Under the pieces are notes generated by a model, which was not told the DNA's origin, made no database searches, and was given only the letters and a program-made list of their open reading frames with translations. Shown here piece by piece: positions 8,578 through 19,902 of a stretch of DNA of 64,000 bases. The first letter of the stretch is position 1; the number at the start of each line of letters is the position of its first letter. The DNA is from an uncultured Chloroflexia bacterium (GTDB taxonomy: Bacteria; Chloroflexota; Chloroflexia; Thermomicrobiales; UBA6265): contig CAVRUD010000016.1 in assembly GCA_963724285.1 (NCBI GenBank), forward strand, positions 21,676 to 85,675. The letters run 5' to 3'. The translations under genes were made by a program, and so were the position numbers.

Positions 8578-10859
8578 ATGAGCCTTTCCTCTCCGCCCCG
8601 CCCATCGTCCAATGGAGCCGCCGCGGCCAACGCCAATGGGAGCAAGCCGCGCGTGCTGATCCCGATCAACCCGTACCGCGACAACGTCCAGGGAAAGGCG
8701 AACGAGCCGATCACGGTCGCCGCCATCCTGGACAGGGCGCGGAAGGAGTTGGCCAGCCTGGGCGAGTCCGTCCCGGCGCCGGACTGGACACTGGAGGCGA
8801 TCTACGACCGGCTGGAGGAGAACGCCCCCCGGATCGCGATCATCGGCGGCTCGCCGGACCACCCTGCCCACGTGATGGACCCCGGCACCGGGGCCCGGGC
8901 CGCCCTGGCGATCTGGGCGGAAGGGGGCGTGCCCTTCGCCTTTAGCGTCCCGGTGCTTTGCGACGGCACCGCCCAGAGCAACATGGGCATGAGCTACTCG
9001 CTCCAGTCGCGCAACGCCATCGCCGAGATCGTCGTCAACCAGATGGAAGCCCACTCTTACCACGGCGCCTTCGTCATCCAGAGCTGCGACAAGATGCCGC
9101 TGGCGGTCGTCGCTGCCCTGGCCCATCTCGACACCCTGCGGCGGCGGCGCGGCGAAGCGCCGGTCTTTGCGGCGTTCGCCCCGGCCCACGTCCTCAAGGG
9201 CGGTGAGATCCCCGCTGAGACGCGGGATGACCTCGAAAAACTCGGGCACGAACTGGAGGCGGCCGGCCACGCTGAGATCGCCGAAGACCTCTACGACACG
9301 ATGGCCTACATCCTCCAATGCTCCTCCAACACCGCCTTCCAGGGCGTCTTCCTCCGCGCCATCGACGCCGGCCTGCTCGATCCGGTTCGACACAAGGAGC
9401 TGGAGAAGGGCCTGGCGGTCAGCACCTGCGACGCGAAGGGCGGGCATCTGCGCCTTCAACGGCACGGGCAACTCCTCCCGGCATCTGGTGGCGGGGCTCG
9501 GTCTCGTCCACCCCGCCGTCGAACTGCTGACCGACCCGCCCACGACCGAGCAGGTCAACGCGGTCGTGGCTGACATGATGACGCTGGTCAACAAGCCGGA
9601 GTACGGCGTCGCCGAGATCGTGATCCGCAACATGGCGAACGCGGTCCGCTTGCACAGCGCCTCCGGCGGCTCGACCAACCTGACGATGCACCTCGTCGGG
9701 GCGGCGATCTACGCCGGCTACAGGTTCTCCATCCACGACATGGACCGCATCCACCACGCCGCGCCGGTGCCCGATCTCTTCGACTACAGCCTGACCCAGG
9801 GTCGCGACATCTTCGCCCTGGCCAAGCAGTGCTGCTCCGGCGACATCCGCGGCATGGAGACGCTGGTCCACGAGATGGTCCAGAACAACGTGCCGATGGA
9901 CCTCGACGCCCCGACCGTCACCGGCACCACCTGGCGCGCCCGCCTGATGGACCAGACCGGCCTGAGCGCCGCGGGCGTCCAGGAGAACCCGGTCATCCTG
10001 GCCAAACCGCGCCGCCCGATCAGCGGCGTCGACGTGCTGCAGAGCAACTTCTTCGACAGCGCCGTCGTCAAGACGAGCGGCATGCCGGAGAAACAGGTCG
10101 ACCACTTCGACGAGCAGGTCGGCTTCGTCCTCCTCTACGAGCACGAAGAGGACGCCAACGACGCCCTCCTCGACGTCGATCTCCTACCCGGCCTGCGCGA
10201 CTCAGCGGCTTTCGCCTACGAGGATTTGCAGGCCGTCTGGCGCCACAATGCGACCGGCCTCGGGCTCGATGTCACGGCGGGCGAAGGGTCTGGAGTACAC
10301 CGCTCTCTTCGATCACATGGTCGAAACCGGCACGCTCAAGCTCGGGATCGTGATCTCAGGACAGGGACCGGTCGCTTTCGGCATGCCGGAGATGTTCACC
10401 CCGATGCAGCACATCAACGCCAACCGGGCGATGCGCAAACTGGCGACCCTGATCAGCGACGGCCGCTACTCCGGCGTCTCCTACGGCGCGGCAGTCGGCC
10501 ACGTCGTGCCCGAAGCGATGGCCGGCGGCCAGATCGGCCGCCTGCAGACAGGCGACCTGCTCCACCTGCGCTTCCGCGCCCGCCGGATCGACCTGCTCGA
10601 TCCGGCCGCGCTGCGGGCCGGTACGATCGCCTTCGCGCCCGATGCCCTCCTCGGTGGCCGGGACGACCTCGCCGCCGAGCGCCTGAGCCGCCTGAAGGCG
10701 CGGCAGCGCAACGTCGCCGCCAGCAACCGGATGGTCGGCTGCACCGACGCCGCCAACGGCGTGGTGCCGCTTCCCGTCGCCGAGGACGCCGAGATCGACT
10801 TCTGGGACGCGGTGGTCGTCGGCGGGGTGAACGCGCCGGTGGCGGTGGTGGCGGACTAG
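8578..10859 (+). CDS. IlvD/Edd family dehydratase, YjhG/YagF (sugar-acid dehydratase)-like, 2 frameshifts (about 9440 and 10285)
   Basis: CDGTAQSNMGMSY...VIQSCDKMPLAVVAAL; GICAFNGTGNSSRHLVAGLGL; SGGSTNLTMHL; DGRYSGVSYGAAVGHVVPEAMAGGQIG. These are spread over three frames. Confidence 0.8.
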
Positions 10860-10886
10860 CGGCATTCCGCAGAGGAAACAGCATGC

Positions 10887-10927
10887 GGAGAGGGGCGGAC
10901 CAGTGGGTTCTGCCCCTCTCGTGTGTT
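10887..10927 (+). terminator. putative intrinsic terminator
   Basis: GAGAGGGGC, a 15-nt loop, GCCCCTCTC, followed by GTGTGTTG. It lies 28 nt after the dehydratase stop. Confidence 0.45.
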
Positions 10928-11138
10928 GACTCCTGATTGGCCAGGGCGTGCTGGATACTGACCGCCAACTCATGGCGCTGCCGTCCGGGCCGCAATGACG
11001 ACTGGAGGGCAGTGTTCGGAATAGGTCGCGCTGGTTTTCGCCGCCGCCTGGTGACGGACGTGGCGCAATCACGGGGACCCGCGTACTCTCTTTTCCAGAT
11101 GCGGGGTTTTCGAGGTAGCCGGAGAGCCGGAGCAGCGC

Positions 11139-12317
11139 GTGGCGAACGTCGTCACTGTGGCCAGCCAGACCGACACAGGACATCCGGCCGGGGAACCCGC
11201 CGGTGACGCACCCATGCGGCGCGGCGTTCGGCAGCGGGCAACCGAATCCCTGCCCGTCTGGCTGATCAGGCAATTGGTCGTCCAGTACCTGATCCAGGGC
11301 CTGGGCGGGATGGCGGCCCAGGCCTCTTTCCGTCTCACCATCACGCTGCCGTCACTGCTGCTCCTGCTGATGACGGTGGCGGGGCTGGCGGACCAGTACG
11401 CGGGCGTCCCGGTGGCGAAGTCGGTGCGCGATATCATCGAGCAGCGCGCCCCGGAGGACCTGAAGCCGCTCTTCAGTTCGCTGCTCGATCAGGCGACCAA
11501 CCAGAGCGGGCAAAGGCTTTCCCTCAACCTGGTGATTGCCCTCCTCATCGCCCTCTGGGGTACCTCGGGCAGCATCGCCGCGGTCGTCTACGCCTGCAAT
11601 CGGGTCTACGGCGTGCGCGACCGACGCTCCTGGATCACCCACCGCCTGCTTGTGGTCGGCATCACCATCATTGCGGCGATCGTCGTGGCGCTGACGTTCG
11701 TGCTCGCGCTCCTGAGCGAGCGGGCCGGTCGCAAAATCGTGGTCGCATTTGGCCTTGGGAACGACACAGCAGCGCTATGGAGCGACATCGCCCGCTGGGT
11801 TCAGATCGCCCTGATCGTCATGGCCCTCATCGTCGTCTACCGCGTCGGGCCGGACGTGGAGCAATCATTCCGCTGGATCGTGCCGGGGATCGTCGCCTCG
11901 ACACTCGGATGGCTGGGGACCTTGAACGGATTCACCCGGATTCTGAACCTGTCCAACCCCTCCACCCCCTACGGCCAGGCGGCGAGCGTCGTCGCCCTTC
12001 TCCTCTTGCTCTACTGGACGGTGTTGGTGATTCTCTGCGGGGCGCTGCTCAACGCCGTCCTGGGGAGAAGGTACGATCGGCGGCTCATCCGTCATCTGAA
12101 AAACCGTCCGCTCAGGTACCTGGAGAACCCGGACATTCCCGATGCCCCACCGGCGTCACCGCTTGGCCCGTTGCCGGCGGACGACACCGAGTCTGACACC
12201 TCGCCCTTCCGGCGCGGTTGGCGCGGATTTGCACTCGGCGCCGCCGCCGGTGCGACCGTGATGGCGGCACTCGCCGTCGTGGCGCAGGTCTTCACCCGGA
12301 ACAGTCGAGGGTCGTAG
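11139..12317 (+). CDS. YihY/BrkB family membrane protein
   Basis: GMAAQASFRLTITLPSLLLL...ALWGTSGSIAAVVYACNRVYGVRDRRSW. The start may instead be the ATG at 11214. Confidence 0.8.
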   Translation: MANVVTVASQTDTGHPAGEPAGDAPMRRGVRQRATESLPVWLIRQLVVQYLIQGLGGMAAQASFRLTITLPSLLLLLMTVAGLADQYAGVPVAKSVRDIIEQRAPEDLKPLFSSLLDQATNQSGQRLSLNLVIALLIALWGTSGSIAAVVYACNRVYGVRDRRSWITHRLLVVGITIIAAIVVALTFVLALLSERAGRKIVVAFGLGNDTAALWSDIARWVQIALIVMALIVVYRVGPDVEQSFRWIVPGIVASTLGWLGTLNGFTRILNLSNPSTPYGQAASVVALLLLLYWTVLVILCGALLNAVLGRRYDRRLIRHLKNRPLRYLENPDIPDAPPASPLGPLPADDTESDTSPFRRGWRGFALGAAAGATVMAALAVVAQVFTRNSRGS

Positions 12318-12356
12318 GGCGATCCCGGTTCGTGGTCACCGCCGCGCCGGCCCCGA

Positions 12357-14090
12357 TTGGCACGGCCCGTGCAAGTCCTGTCGATCGGAACGGCGGGACG
12401 GCACAGGAAGGGAGTGGCGCGGGTGGAATCGCAGGCCGGCCCCGATTGGTACAAGGACGCGATCATCTACGCCGTCGATGTCGAGCGCTTCCACGACGGC
12501 AACGGTGACGGCACCGGCGACTTCCCCGGCTTGACGGCCAAACTCGACTACCTGGCCGGCCTCGGCGTCAACTGCCTCTGGCTGCTGCCCTGTTACCCAA
12601 CCCCAAACCGGGACAACGGCTACGACATCGTCGACTACCTGGCGATCGATCCCCGCCTCGGCACCCTCGACGACTTCCGCACCTTCCGGCAGGCCGCGAC
12701 CGAACGCGACATCCGGGTCATCCTCGACCTCGTCGTCCACCACACCTCGGACGAGCACCCCTGGTTCCAGGACGCCCGGACTGATCCCAACTCGCCGTAC
12801 CGCGACTACTACGTCTGGACGGACGACCCTCCCGGGGAGACCCCCGCCAAGCTCATCTTCCCGGGTGTCGAAGAATCGATCTGGACCTTCGACGACGCGG
12901 CCGGTCTCCTCTACCTGCACCAGTTCTACGATTTCCAGCCCGACCTCAACATCGAGCAGCCCAACGTCCAGGAGGAGGTGCGCCGGATCATGGGGTTCTG
13001 GCGGGACCTGGGAGCGGACGGCTTCCGGATCGACGCCGCGTCGCACCTGTTCGGGACGGAGGCGCTCTTGCCACGGGCTCAGGAGCAGCCCCACGCCTTT
13101 CTCCGTCAGGTCCGGAGCTTCCTGGACGAGCACCGGCCAGGCGGCGTGCTGGTGGCCGAGGCGGATGTCGCGCCCGACGAGCTGGCGACGTATTTCGGCG
13201 AGGGCGACACCTGCGACCAGATGCACGTCCTGTTCAACTTCCTGCTCGACAACCACCTCTTTCTCGCCCTGGCCCGGGGCGAAGCAGAACCCATCGCACG
13301 CGCGATGGCCTTGCTGCCGGACAAGCCGAGAGAGGCCCACTGGGCGACCTTCGTGCGCAACCTGGACGAGGTCGACCTGGAGCAACTGACCGGCGCCGAA
13401 CGGGAGGAGGTCTACCGGGCCTTCGCGCCGGAAGAGGGGATGCGCTCCTACGGCAAGGGAATCCGCCGCCGCCTGGCCCCGATGCTGGGCGGTGATCCGG
13501 CCAGGCTGCGGCTCGCCTTCAGCCTGCTCCTCACGCTGCCCGGCACGCCGGTCATCCCCTACGGCGACGAGATCGGCCTCGGCGACGACCTCTCCCGGCC
13601 GGAGCGGGAAGCGGTCCGTCCCGCGATGCAGTGGTCGGCCGGACCGAACGGCGGCTTTTCAACCGCGGCGCCAGAACGGGTCTCCGTGCCCCTCATCACG
13701 GAGGGGCCCTTCGCGCCCGGACAGGTCAACGCCGAGGAACAGGCCGCAGATCCCGATTCGCTGTTGAACTGGGTTCGCCGGGCGATCGCCGTCCGCAAGG
13801 AGCGCCCCGCATTTCGCCGGGGGACGTTTGTCCCAGTCGAGACGGGCGCTCCAGGTGCTCCCAGCGCTCCCAGCGTCCTGGCGCACCGCTGTGTGTGGGA
13901 TGGTGGAGACGTGATCGCCGTCCATAACCTCGGAGATGCTCCCATCTCCATCGAGTTGAGCCTCGCGGAGGACGAGCGTGTCGTGGACCTGCTGAGGGCC
14001 GACGATTCCCCGGAACAACGGGGCAGAATCTGCCTGGACCTGGATGGGTACGGCGTTCGCTGGTTCGGCCCCGGGCCGGGCTCGTCCTGA
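12357..14090 (+). CDS. GH13 alpha-amylase family protein, trehalose synthase-like
   Basis: DWYKDAIIYAVDVERFHDGNGDGTGDFPGLTAKLDYLAGLGVNCLWLLP; GFRIDAASHL; LVAEAD; FVRNLDEVDLE. Region IV reads NLD rather than NHD. Confidence 0.8.
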   Translation: MARPVQVLSIGTAGRHRKGVARVESQAGPDWYKDAIIYAVDVERFHDGNGDGTGDFPGLTAKLDYLAGLGVNCLWLLPCYPTPNRDNGYDIVDYLAIDPRLGTLDDFRTFRQAATERDIRVILDLVVHHTSDEHPWFQDARTDPNSPYRDYYVWTDDPPGETPAKLIFPGVEESIWTFDDAAGLLYLHQFYDFQPDLNIEQPNVQEEVRRIMGFWRDLGADGFRIDAASHLFGTEALLPRAQEQPHAFLRQVRSFLDEHRPGGVLVAEADVAPDELATYFGEGDTCDQMHVLFNFLLDNHLFLALARGEAEPIARAMALLPDKPREAHWATFVRNLDEVDLEQLTGAEREEVYRAFAPEEGMRSYGKGIRRRLAPMLGGDPARLRLAFSLLLTLPGTPVIPYGDEIGLGDDLSRPEREAVRPAMQWSAGPNGGFSTAAPERVSVPLITEGPFAPGQVNAEEQAADPDSLLNWVRRAIAVRKERPAFRRGTFVPVETGAPGAPSAPSVLAHRCVWDGGDVIAVHNLGDAPISIELSLAEDERVVDLLRADDSPEQRGRICLDLDGYGVRWFGPGPGSS

Positions 14091-14110
14091 CCGTCGCCGG
14101 GACGTGGCCC

Positions 14111-15250
14111 ATGACTGACGTCGGCCCCAGGGCTCCTCACGCGGCCAGCCGGGTGATCCGCCACCGGGCGCGACGGGTCGCGCCCCCGCGAACCCCCGAG
14201 GTCGCCGAGGTGACGCGCCTGGACCCGCATCCGACCGCCGCCTGGTGGCGCGTCGCGGTAATCGGGGCGGCGGCCCTGGCGGTGGCGCTCGGCCTGCTGG
14301 ACACGCTCCGGCTCCTGGCTCGGCCGCTGGCGTTGCTCTTCCTCGGGATCGTCATCGCCGAGACGCTCGCCCCCCTCGTCGCCCGCCTCGAGCGGCTCGT
14401 GGCGCGTGGTATCGCTGTGGGGATCGTCTACGCGATCCTGTTCCTCACCGCCGTCGGCATCGGGTGGCTGGTCACGCCGCCGCTGGCGCGCCAGGCGGGA
14501 GAGCTGGTCGACAACGCCCCGACCCTGGTCGACCGGTCGACGGACTGGGCAGAGCGCTGGTCTCCCGGCGGGGAGGAGCGCATCGTCGCGGCCGCCGAGC
14601 GAGGTCTGGATCGCTTCGGCGGGGTGCTGGTGGATCTGCCCTTCACGATCCTCGCCTCCCTGGCCGAGGTCGTGCTCGTCGTCTTCCTCTCCGCCTACTG
14701 GCTGCTGATGCGGCCATCCATGGGCCGGTTTGCCCGCTCGCTCGTGCCGGAACACCGCCACGGCGAGATCGGGGCGCTGGGGACGGACCTGAGCCAGGCG
14801 GTCGGCGGCTACTTCCGGGGCGAGGGCCTGATGGCCGTCGTCGTCGCCGCGATCGTCTACGTCGGGCTGCGCGTGATCGGCGTCGACTACGCCCTGGTGC
14901 TGGCGCTGATCGTCGCCGTGGGGGAGCTCGTGCCGGTGGTCGGGCCGTTCATCGCCGCGATCCCGGCGGTGGGGGTGGCGCTGCTCGATTCGCCAACACA
15001 GGCCGTGATCGTGCTGGTTTTCTACGTCATCGTCCAGCAGCTCGAGAGCAACGTTCTCCTGCCCATGATCATGCAGCGCCAGGTGCACGTCTCGCCGGTG
15101 CTGGCCCTGGTTGCGCTGTACGCGGGCGCCGCGATCGGCGGCGTGCTCGGGGCGATCATCGCCGTGCCGTTGGCCGGGGCGGCGCGGGTGCTGGCGATGC
15201 GCTTCGCCGTCCCCGCCGTTCGTCGGTGGACCGGCGCCGCGGGCGGGTAA
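14111..15250 (+). CDS. AI-2E family transporter (PerM-like)
   Basis: ...GELVPVVGPFIAAIPAVGVALLDSPTQAVIVLVFYVIVQQLESNVLLPMIM. Confidence 0.85.
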   Translation: MTDVGPRAPHAASRVIRHRARRVAPPRTPEVAEVTRLDPHPTAAWWRVAVIGAAALAVALGLLDTLRLLARPLALLFLGIVIAETLAPLVARLERLVARGIAVGIVYAILFLTAVGIGWLVTPPLARQAGELVDNAPTLVDRSTDWAERWSPGGEERIVAAAERGLDRFGGVLVDLPFTILASLAEVVLVVFLSAYWLLMRPSMGRFARSLVPEHRHGEIGALGTDLSQAVGGYFRGEGLMAVVVAAIVYVGLRVIGVDYALVLALIVAVGELVPVVGPFIAAIPAVGVALLDSPTQAVIVLVFYVIVQQLESNVLLPMIMQRQVHVSPVLALVALYAGAAIGGVLGAIIAVPLAGAARVLAMRFAVPAVRRWTGAAGG

Positions 15251-15749
15251 CGCCGCTCGTGGCCTTCATCCTGCGCGTCTTTCCACGAGACGGCATCCGT
15301 CCATGACGTCCATGAGGTGATAGCGAGGCTGAGCGAGGCGGCCCACATTCCGGTCGTCGCCGGGCCGGCCCTCTCCCTCAACCACCGCTTCCTGCCGCCG
15401 GACGTACGCGCCGCGCGGATGAGTGTGGCCGTGACCGCCGCCGCGGTCGTCTTCTTCGCCGCGTTCGCCATTGTCACGTCGTCCAGTCGCTCAACTAGCC
15501 TGGGTGTCGAGCGACGTCGCTCCGATCTTGGCACAGCGGTTGCGCAGATGCTCCAAGTACAGGGGGCGCGAGCCGTTCCGAGAGCGCGGCACACAATGGC
15601 TGGAATCTGGGACGGCCTGGGCCTCTCCGATCCCGCCTCCCAGCAGACAGATGGAGTGCACTTGCGCTGAGGAGCCCGAGCGCGGTGCCGCTGCCCCTCG
15701 ACGCGGCAGCCACATACCCCGGACGCAATCCGGAGAAACGAGCAGGCAC

Positions 15750-16271
15750 GTGTCGCCACCGGTCACCCGTACGCCCGTCACGCTGAACGTAAACGGGCGG
15801 GATCAGTCGTTGTTGCTCGAACCCCGGCGGACGTTGCTCGACGCCCTCCGCCACGACCTGGCGATGACCGGCACCAAGAAGGTCTGCGACATGGGTACCT
15901 GCGGCGCCTGCACGGTCTTGGTCAATGGCAGGGCGATGTATTCCTGCCTCCTCCTGGCCGTCGATTGCGAGGGCCGCTCGATCCGCACGATCGAGGGATT
16001 GGCCCATGGCGAAGATCTCGATCCCGTGCAGCGGGCCTTTATCGAGCACGACGCGTTCCAGTGCGGCTTCTGCACGGCAGGACAGATCATGAGCCTCCGC
16101 GGCCTGCTCGACACCCACCCCCAGGCGACCGAGGAGCAAATCACCCGGGCGGTCACCGGCAACATCTGCCGTTGCGGTGCCTACCAGAACATCGTCAAGG
16201 CGGGGCTCTACGCGGTCGAATTGCAGAGCCAATCTCAGGATAGGGCGAGCGATGACCGCGCCGCGGACTAG
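15750..16271 (+). CDS. (2Fe-2S)-binding small subunit of a xanthine dehydrogenase/CO dehydrogenase family enzyme
   Basis: CDMGTCGACTVLVNG and QCGFCTAGQIM...GNICRCGAY. A GTG start is inferred. Confidence 0.85.
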   Translation: MSPPVTRTPVTLNVNGRDQSLLLEPRRTLLDALRHDLAMTGTKKVCDMGTCGACTVLVNGRAMYSCLLLAVDCEGRSIRTIEGLAHGEDLDPVQRAFIEHDAFQCGFCTAGQIMSLRGLLDTHPQATEEQITRAVTGNICRCGAYQNIVKAGLYAVELQSQSQDRASDDRAAD

Positions 16272-18601
16272 CAGGACTAGCAGGACTAGCAGGACTGACA
16301 CACCGCCCAACCTGGCGGAGACGTCGGGCAGCCTGCCCGCCTGGGGTGAGTCGACCCGCCTGACCATCGTCGGCAAGCCTCACCCTCGCCTGGAAGGCGT
16401 CGAGAAGGTGACCGGCCGGGCCCAATACACCTACGACGTCCGCCAACCCCGTCAGCTCTACGCCCGGGTGCTGCGCTCCCCCCATCCCCACGCCGAGATC
16501 ATCCGGATCGACACGAGCAAAGCGGCCACACTGCCCGGCGTGTACGCCGTCATCTCCTCCGCCGATGCTCCCCAGATCCCGTGGTACGAGGACAGCTTCG
16601 TCTTCGACCGGACGGTCCGGTTCGTCGGCGACGAGGTCGCCGCGGTCGCGGCCGAGTCCGAAGAGATCGCCAATGACGCCCTTCGCCTGATCGAGGTCGA
16701 ATACAAGCCCCTCCCGTTTGTCACCGGCCTGGATTGCCGCCCAGCAACCGGACGCGCCGAGGATTCGGCCCGAGGGCCTGCCGCACAACGCCGCCGCCGA
16801 GCCCCAGATCTACGAGCGCGGCGATATCGCCGCCGGGTTTGCCGCGGCGGATGTCGTCGTCGAGCGGACCTACACCACCCAGACCGCCCTCCATAACGCC
16901 CTCGAACCGCACGGCTGCACGGCGGCCTGGGCGGGGAACGATTTGACGCTCTGGACCTCCACCCAATCTATCTTCGACGTTCGCCAGAAGGTCGCCCGGT
17001 CGCTCGGCGTGCCCGAACACCGGGTCCGGGTAATCAAGCAGCACATGGGCGGCGGCTTTGGCGCGAAGCAGGTGGCCTGGAAGCACGATGTTATCGGGCC
17101 GCTGCTGGCCCAACGGGCGGGTCGGCCGGTGCAGCTGATGCTGGACCGGGAAGCGGAGAACCTGGCCGTCGGCAACCGCAACCCCACCCGGCAGCGCGTG
17201 CGTATCGGAGCGAAGCACGACGGCACGCTGACCGCGCTCGAAGCCACCATCTTCCTCGGCACCGGCGCCTATCAGGTGGGAGGAGAGGCGAGCAACGTCC
17301 AGGGCACCTACCAGTCGCTCTACCGGTGCCCCAACGTGCGCACGGAGCAGACGGCGATCTACACCAACACCGGCCCGGCGGTCGCGTTCCGGGCGCCGGG
17401 CTTCGTCGAGGCGGCCTTCGCCCTCGAGCAGGCGATGGACGAGCTGGCCCGCGAACTCGGGATGGACCCGCTCGACCTGCGCCTGCGCAATTACGCCGAG
17501 ACCGACCAGACCGAGGAGAAGCCTTACAGCCTGCCGGAGGCGCTGCGCGCCTGCTACGAGCGGGCGACCGAGGCCTTCGGCTGGAAGGGCTATCAGAAGC
17601 CCGCGCCGGAGGGATCGAAGCGACGCGGCGTCGGGATCGCCGCCCACGACTGGGTCGGCGGGGCGGGCCATCCGCCCGGCTACGCCTGGGTGAAGCTGAA
17701 CGCCGATGGCGGTGCCGATGTCGTCACCGGAACACACGACATCGGCACCGGCACCCGCACCGGCTTGGCCCAGATCGCCGCCGAAGAGCTCGGCCTGCCG
17801 CTGGACCAGATCTCCCTTCATCTGGGCGATACCGCCACCGGGCCGTACGCCCCGGTCAGCTCCGGCAGCGCGACCCAGGCGACGATTGGCCCCGCGATCC
17901 GGGCCGCGGCGGCCGCCCTGAAGGCCCAACTGCTGGACAAAGCCGCCGAACAGATGGAGATTCCCGCCGCCCGCCTGAGCATCCAGGAGGGCCGCATCCT
18001 GGTCGATGGCAACCCCGAGCGGGGCATGGAGGTGGCCGAAGTCGCCGAAAAGATCGGCCCGGAGATGCTGCAAGGGCACGGCAGCCGCGGCCCGAATCCC
18101 GAAGACGTGACGATCCACACCTTCGGCGCCCAGTGCGTCGAGGTCGAGGTCGATACCAGCACCGGCGAGGTGACGGTCCTGCGCCTGGTCGCCGCCCACG
18201 ATTGCGGCCGGATCGTGAACCCGACCATGGTCGAGAGCCAGATCGTCGGCGGGATCACCCAGGGGATCGGCTACGCCCTGACCGAAGAGCGGATCGTCGA
18301 CGACCGCCTGGGCCGGGTGATGAACGCCAACCTGGAGGAGTACAAGGTCCCGACGGTGGCCGACATCCCGCCGATCCAGCACGTGCCCGTCAACATCCCC
18401 GACCTGAAGGCGAACCCGACTGGGGCCAAGGGCGTCGGCGAGCCGCCCCTCATCCCAACCGCCCCGGCCATCGCCAACGCGATCTTCGACGCGGTCGGCG
18501 TCCGCATCTCCGACGGCCCGGTCTCGCGCCACCGGCTGCTGTCGGCGCTCGGTCGCCAGAACGACCCAAGCACCGATCGCCCCGGAGATGACCACCGATG
18601 A
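16252..18601 (+). CDS. molybdopterin-binding large subunit (xanthine dehydrogenase family), frameshift near 16730
   Basis: GKPHPRLEGVEKVTGRAQYTYD...; second frame HNALEPHGCTAAW...GGGFG. The start overlaps the small-subunit stop. Confidence 0.85.
16265..16300 (+). repeat. 9-bp tandem repeat GGACTAGCA x3 (+1 degenerate)
   Basis: Read directly from the sequence. It spans the small-subunit stop codon and encodes (TSR)3 at the large-subunit N-terminus. Confidence 0.8.
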
Positions 18602-19593
18602 GCCTGCGCCCCTTCGCCTACGACCAGCCAGCGACCATCGCCGACACGATCGCGCTCTTGTCCGGTGACGCCGCGGCCACTCGCCCCCTCGCGGGCGGAA
18701 CCGACCTGCTCACCCTGATGAAGGGTGAGATTATCGCCCCGGACCGCCTGGTCGATATCAAGCGCCTCAACGACCTCACCAACGAGATCGAGGTGACGGA
18801 GCACGGCCTCGAGATCGGCGCGCTGGCCACACTGGCCGAGATCGAGACCAATCCATTCGTCACCAGCCTGGCTCCGGCCCTGGCCCAGGCGGCCGGACTG
18901 GCGGCGACACCTCAGCTTCGCCACATGGCGACCCTCGGCGGTAATCTCCTCCAACGCCCCCGCTGCTGGTATTTTCGGAACGCGCAGATCCCCTGCTGGC
19001 TGAAAGGCGGCGATGATTGCCCCGCGCGCGAGGGCGAAAACGCGTTACACGCCATCTTCGTCGAAAGCCCCTGCGTGGCGGTTCACCCGTCCGACCTGGC
19101 GACGGCCTTGACGGCACTCGACGCCGAGATTGTGGTCCGTGGCCCGTCGGAGGAACGCGTCGTTCCGATTGGGTCACTCTTCGCGCCGCCGGACGCGGGG
19201 CGGCGCACCGAAACCACCCTTGGCCCGGACGAACTGATCGTCTCGGTCCGCATCCCGACCGAACCAGACGGTGCCCAGAGCGCCTACCTGAAGGCGATGG
19301 ACCGGAAGGTCTGGGCATTTGCGCTGGTCTCGGCGGCCGCGAGCCTCGCGGTGCAAGGCGGAACGATCAACCACGCCCGGGTCGTCCTTGGCGGCGTTGC
19401 GAATGTCCCCCATCGGGCGATCGAGGCGGAGCAGGCTCTCGTCGGGGCCAAGCCGACTGACGAGGTGTTCGCCCGCGCGGCCGACGCCGCTCTCACTGGC
19501 GCCCAATCGCTGGCGCGGAACGGCTACAAGATACCCCTCGCCCGGACCCTGCTCCGCCGCGCGCTGGTCGCCTGCCGCGACGGCGCGCGCTGA
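18598..19593 (+). CDS. FAD-binding medium subunit (xanthine dehydrogenase family, CoxM-like)
   Basis: PLAGGTDLLTLMK...MATLGGNLLQRPRCWYFR. ATGA overlap with the large subunit. Confidence 0.85.
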   Translation: MSLRPFAYDQPATIADTIALLSGDAAATRPLAGGTDLLTLMKGEIIAPDRLVDIKRLNDLTNEIEVTEHGLEIGALATLAEIETNPFVTSLAPALAQAAGLAATPQLRHMATLGGNLLQRPRCWYFRNAQIPCWLKGGDDCPAREGENALHAIFVESPCVAVHPSDLATALTALDAEIVVRGPSEERVVPIGSLFAPPDAGRRTETTLGPDELIVSVRIPTEPDGAQSAYLKAMDRKVWAFALVSAAASLAVQGGTINHARVVLGGVANVPHRAIEAEQALVGAKPTDEVFARAADAALTGAQSLARNGYKIPLARTLLRRALVACRDGAR

Positions 19594-19610
19594 GGATGGA
19601 GCCGGCTAAA

Positions 19611-19764
19611 GCGCGCACCGAACACCGTGGCTGCCGTCGCCGCTATTGCGCCGTGCGGAAAAGGTGCGGCCGTGTCTCCGCGTCGATCGGGGTAACGGCC
19701 CGGGCTCAACGTCACAGCCTCTCCGAGGCGAGCGGCGACGGCGGCCACGGTGTTCGGTGCGCGC
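19611..19764. repeat. 154-bp element with 34-bp terminal inverted repeats
   Basis: GCGCGCACCGAACACCGTGGCTGCCGTCGCCGCT at 19611-19644 and its reverse complement at 19731-19764 (1 mismatch). Confidence 0.7.
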
Positions 19765-19902
19765 ATCAAGCTCCCCGTCATGGCGGGCCAAACGGACATC
19801 TCATCCGGCGGGTACGGCTCGGGCCGTAGCCTCGCGGTGTCTTGCTTCCGGGCCGACACGTCGCCCCGCGGCACTCGTGAATAGTCACGCTAGACTGGCC
19901 GC

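Noticed and set aside
12336-13385. Long antisense ORFs opposite confident genes (for example 12336-13385, 13559-15088, 16721-18595, 34347-35792, 39268-40836, 9419-10144, all minus strand)
   Set aside because: These are shadow ORFs typical of high-GC DNA. The opposite strand encodes proteins with clear family motifs, while these translate to repetitive Arg/Gly/Asp/Val-rich sequence.
15283-15760. Possible metallophosphoesterase remnant on the minus strand (GGHGHTHPRG... motif) between the AI-2E transporter and the 2Fe-2S gene
   Set aside because: It is only a short GHTH-like string of about 57 codons bounded by stops. The other blocks of the family were not convincing in any frame, so the evidence is too weak to annotate.
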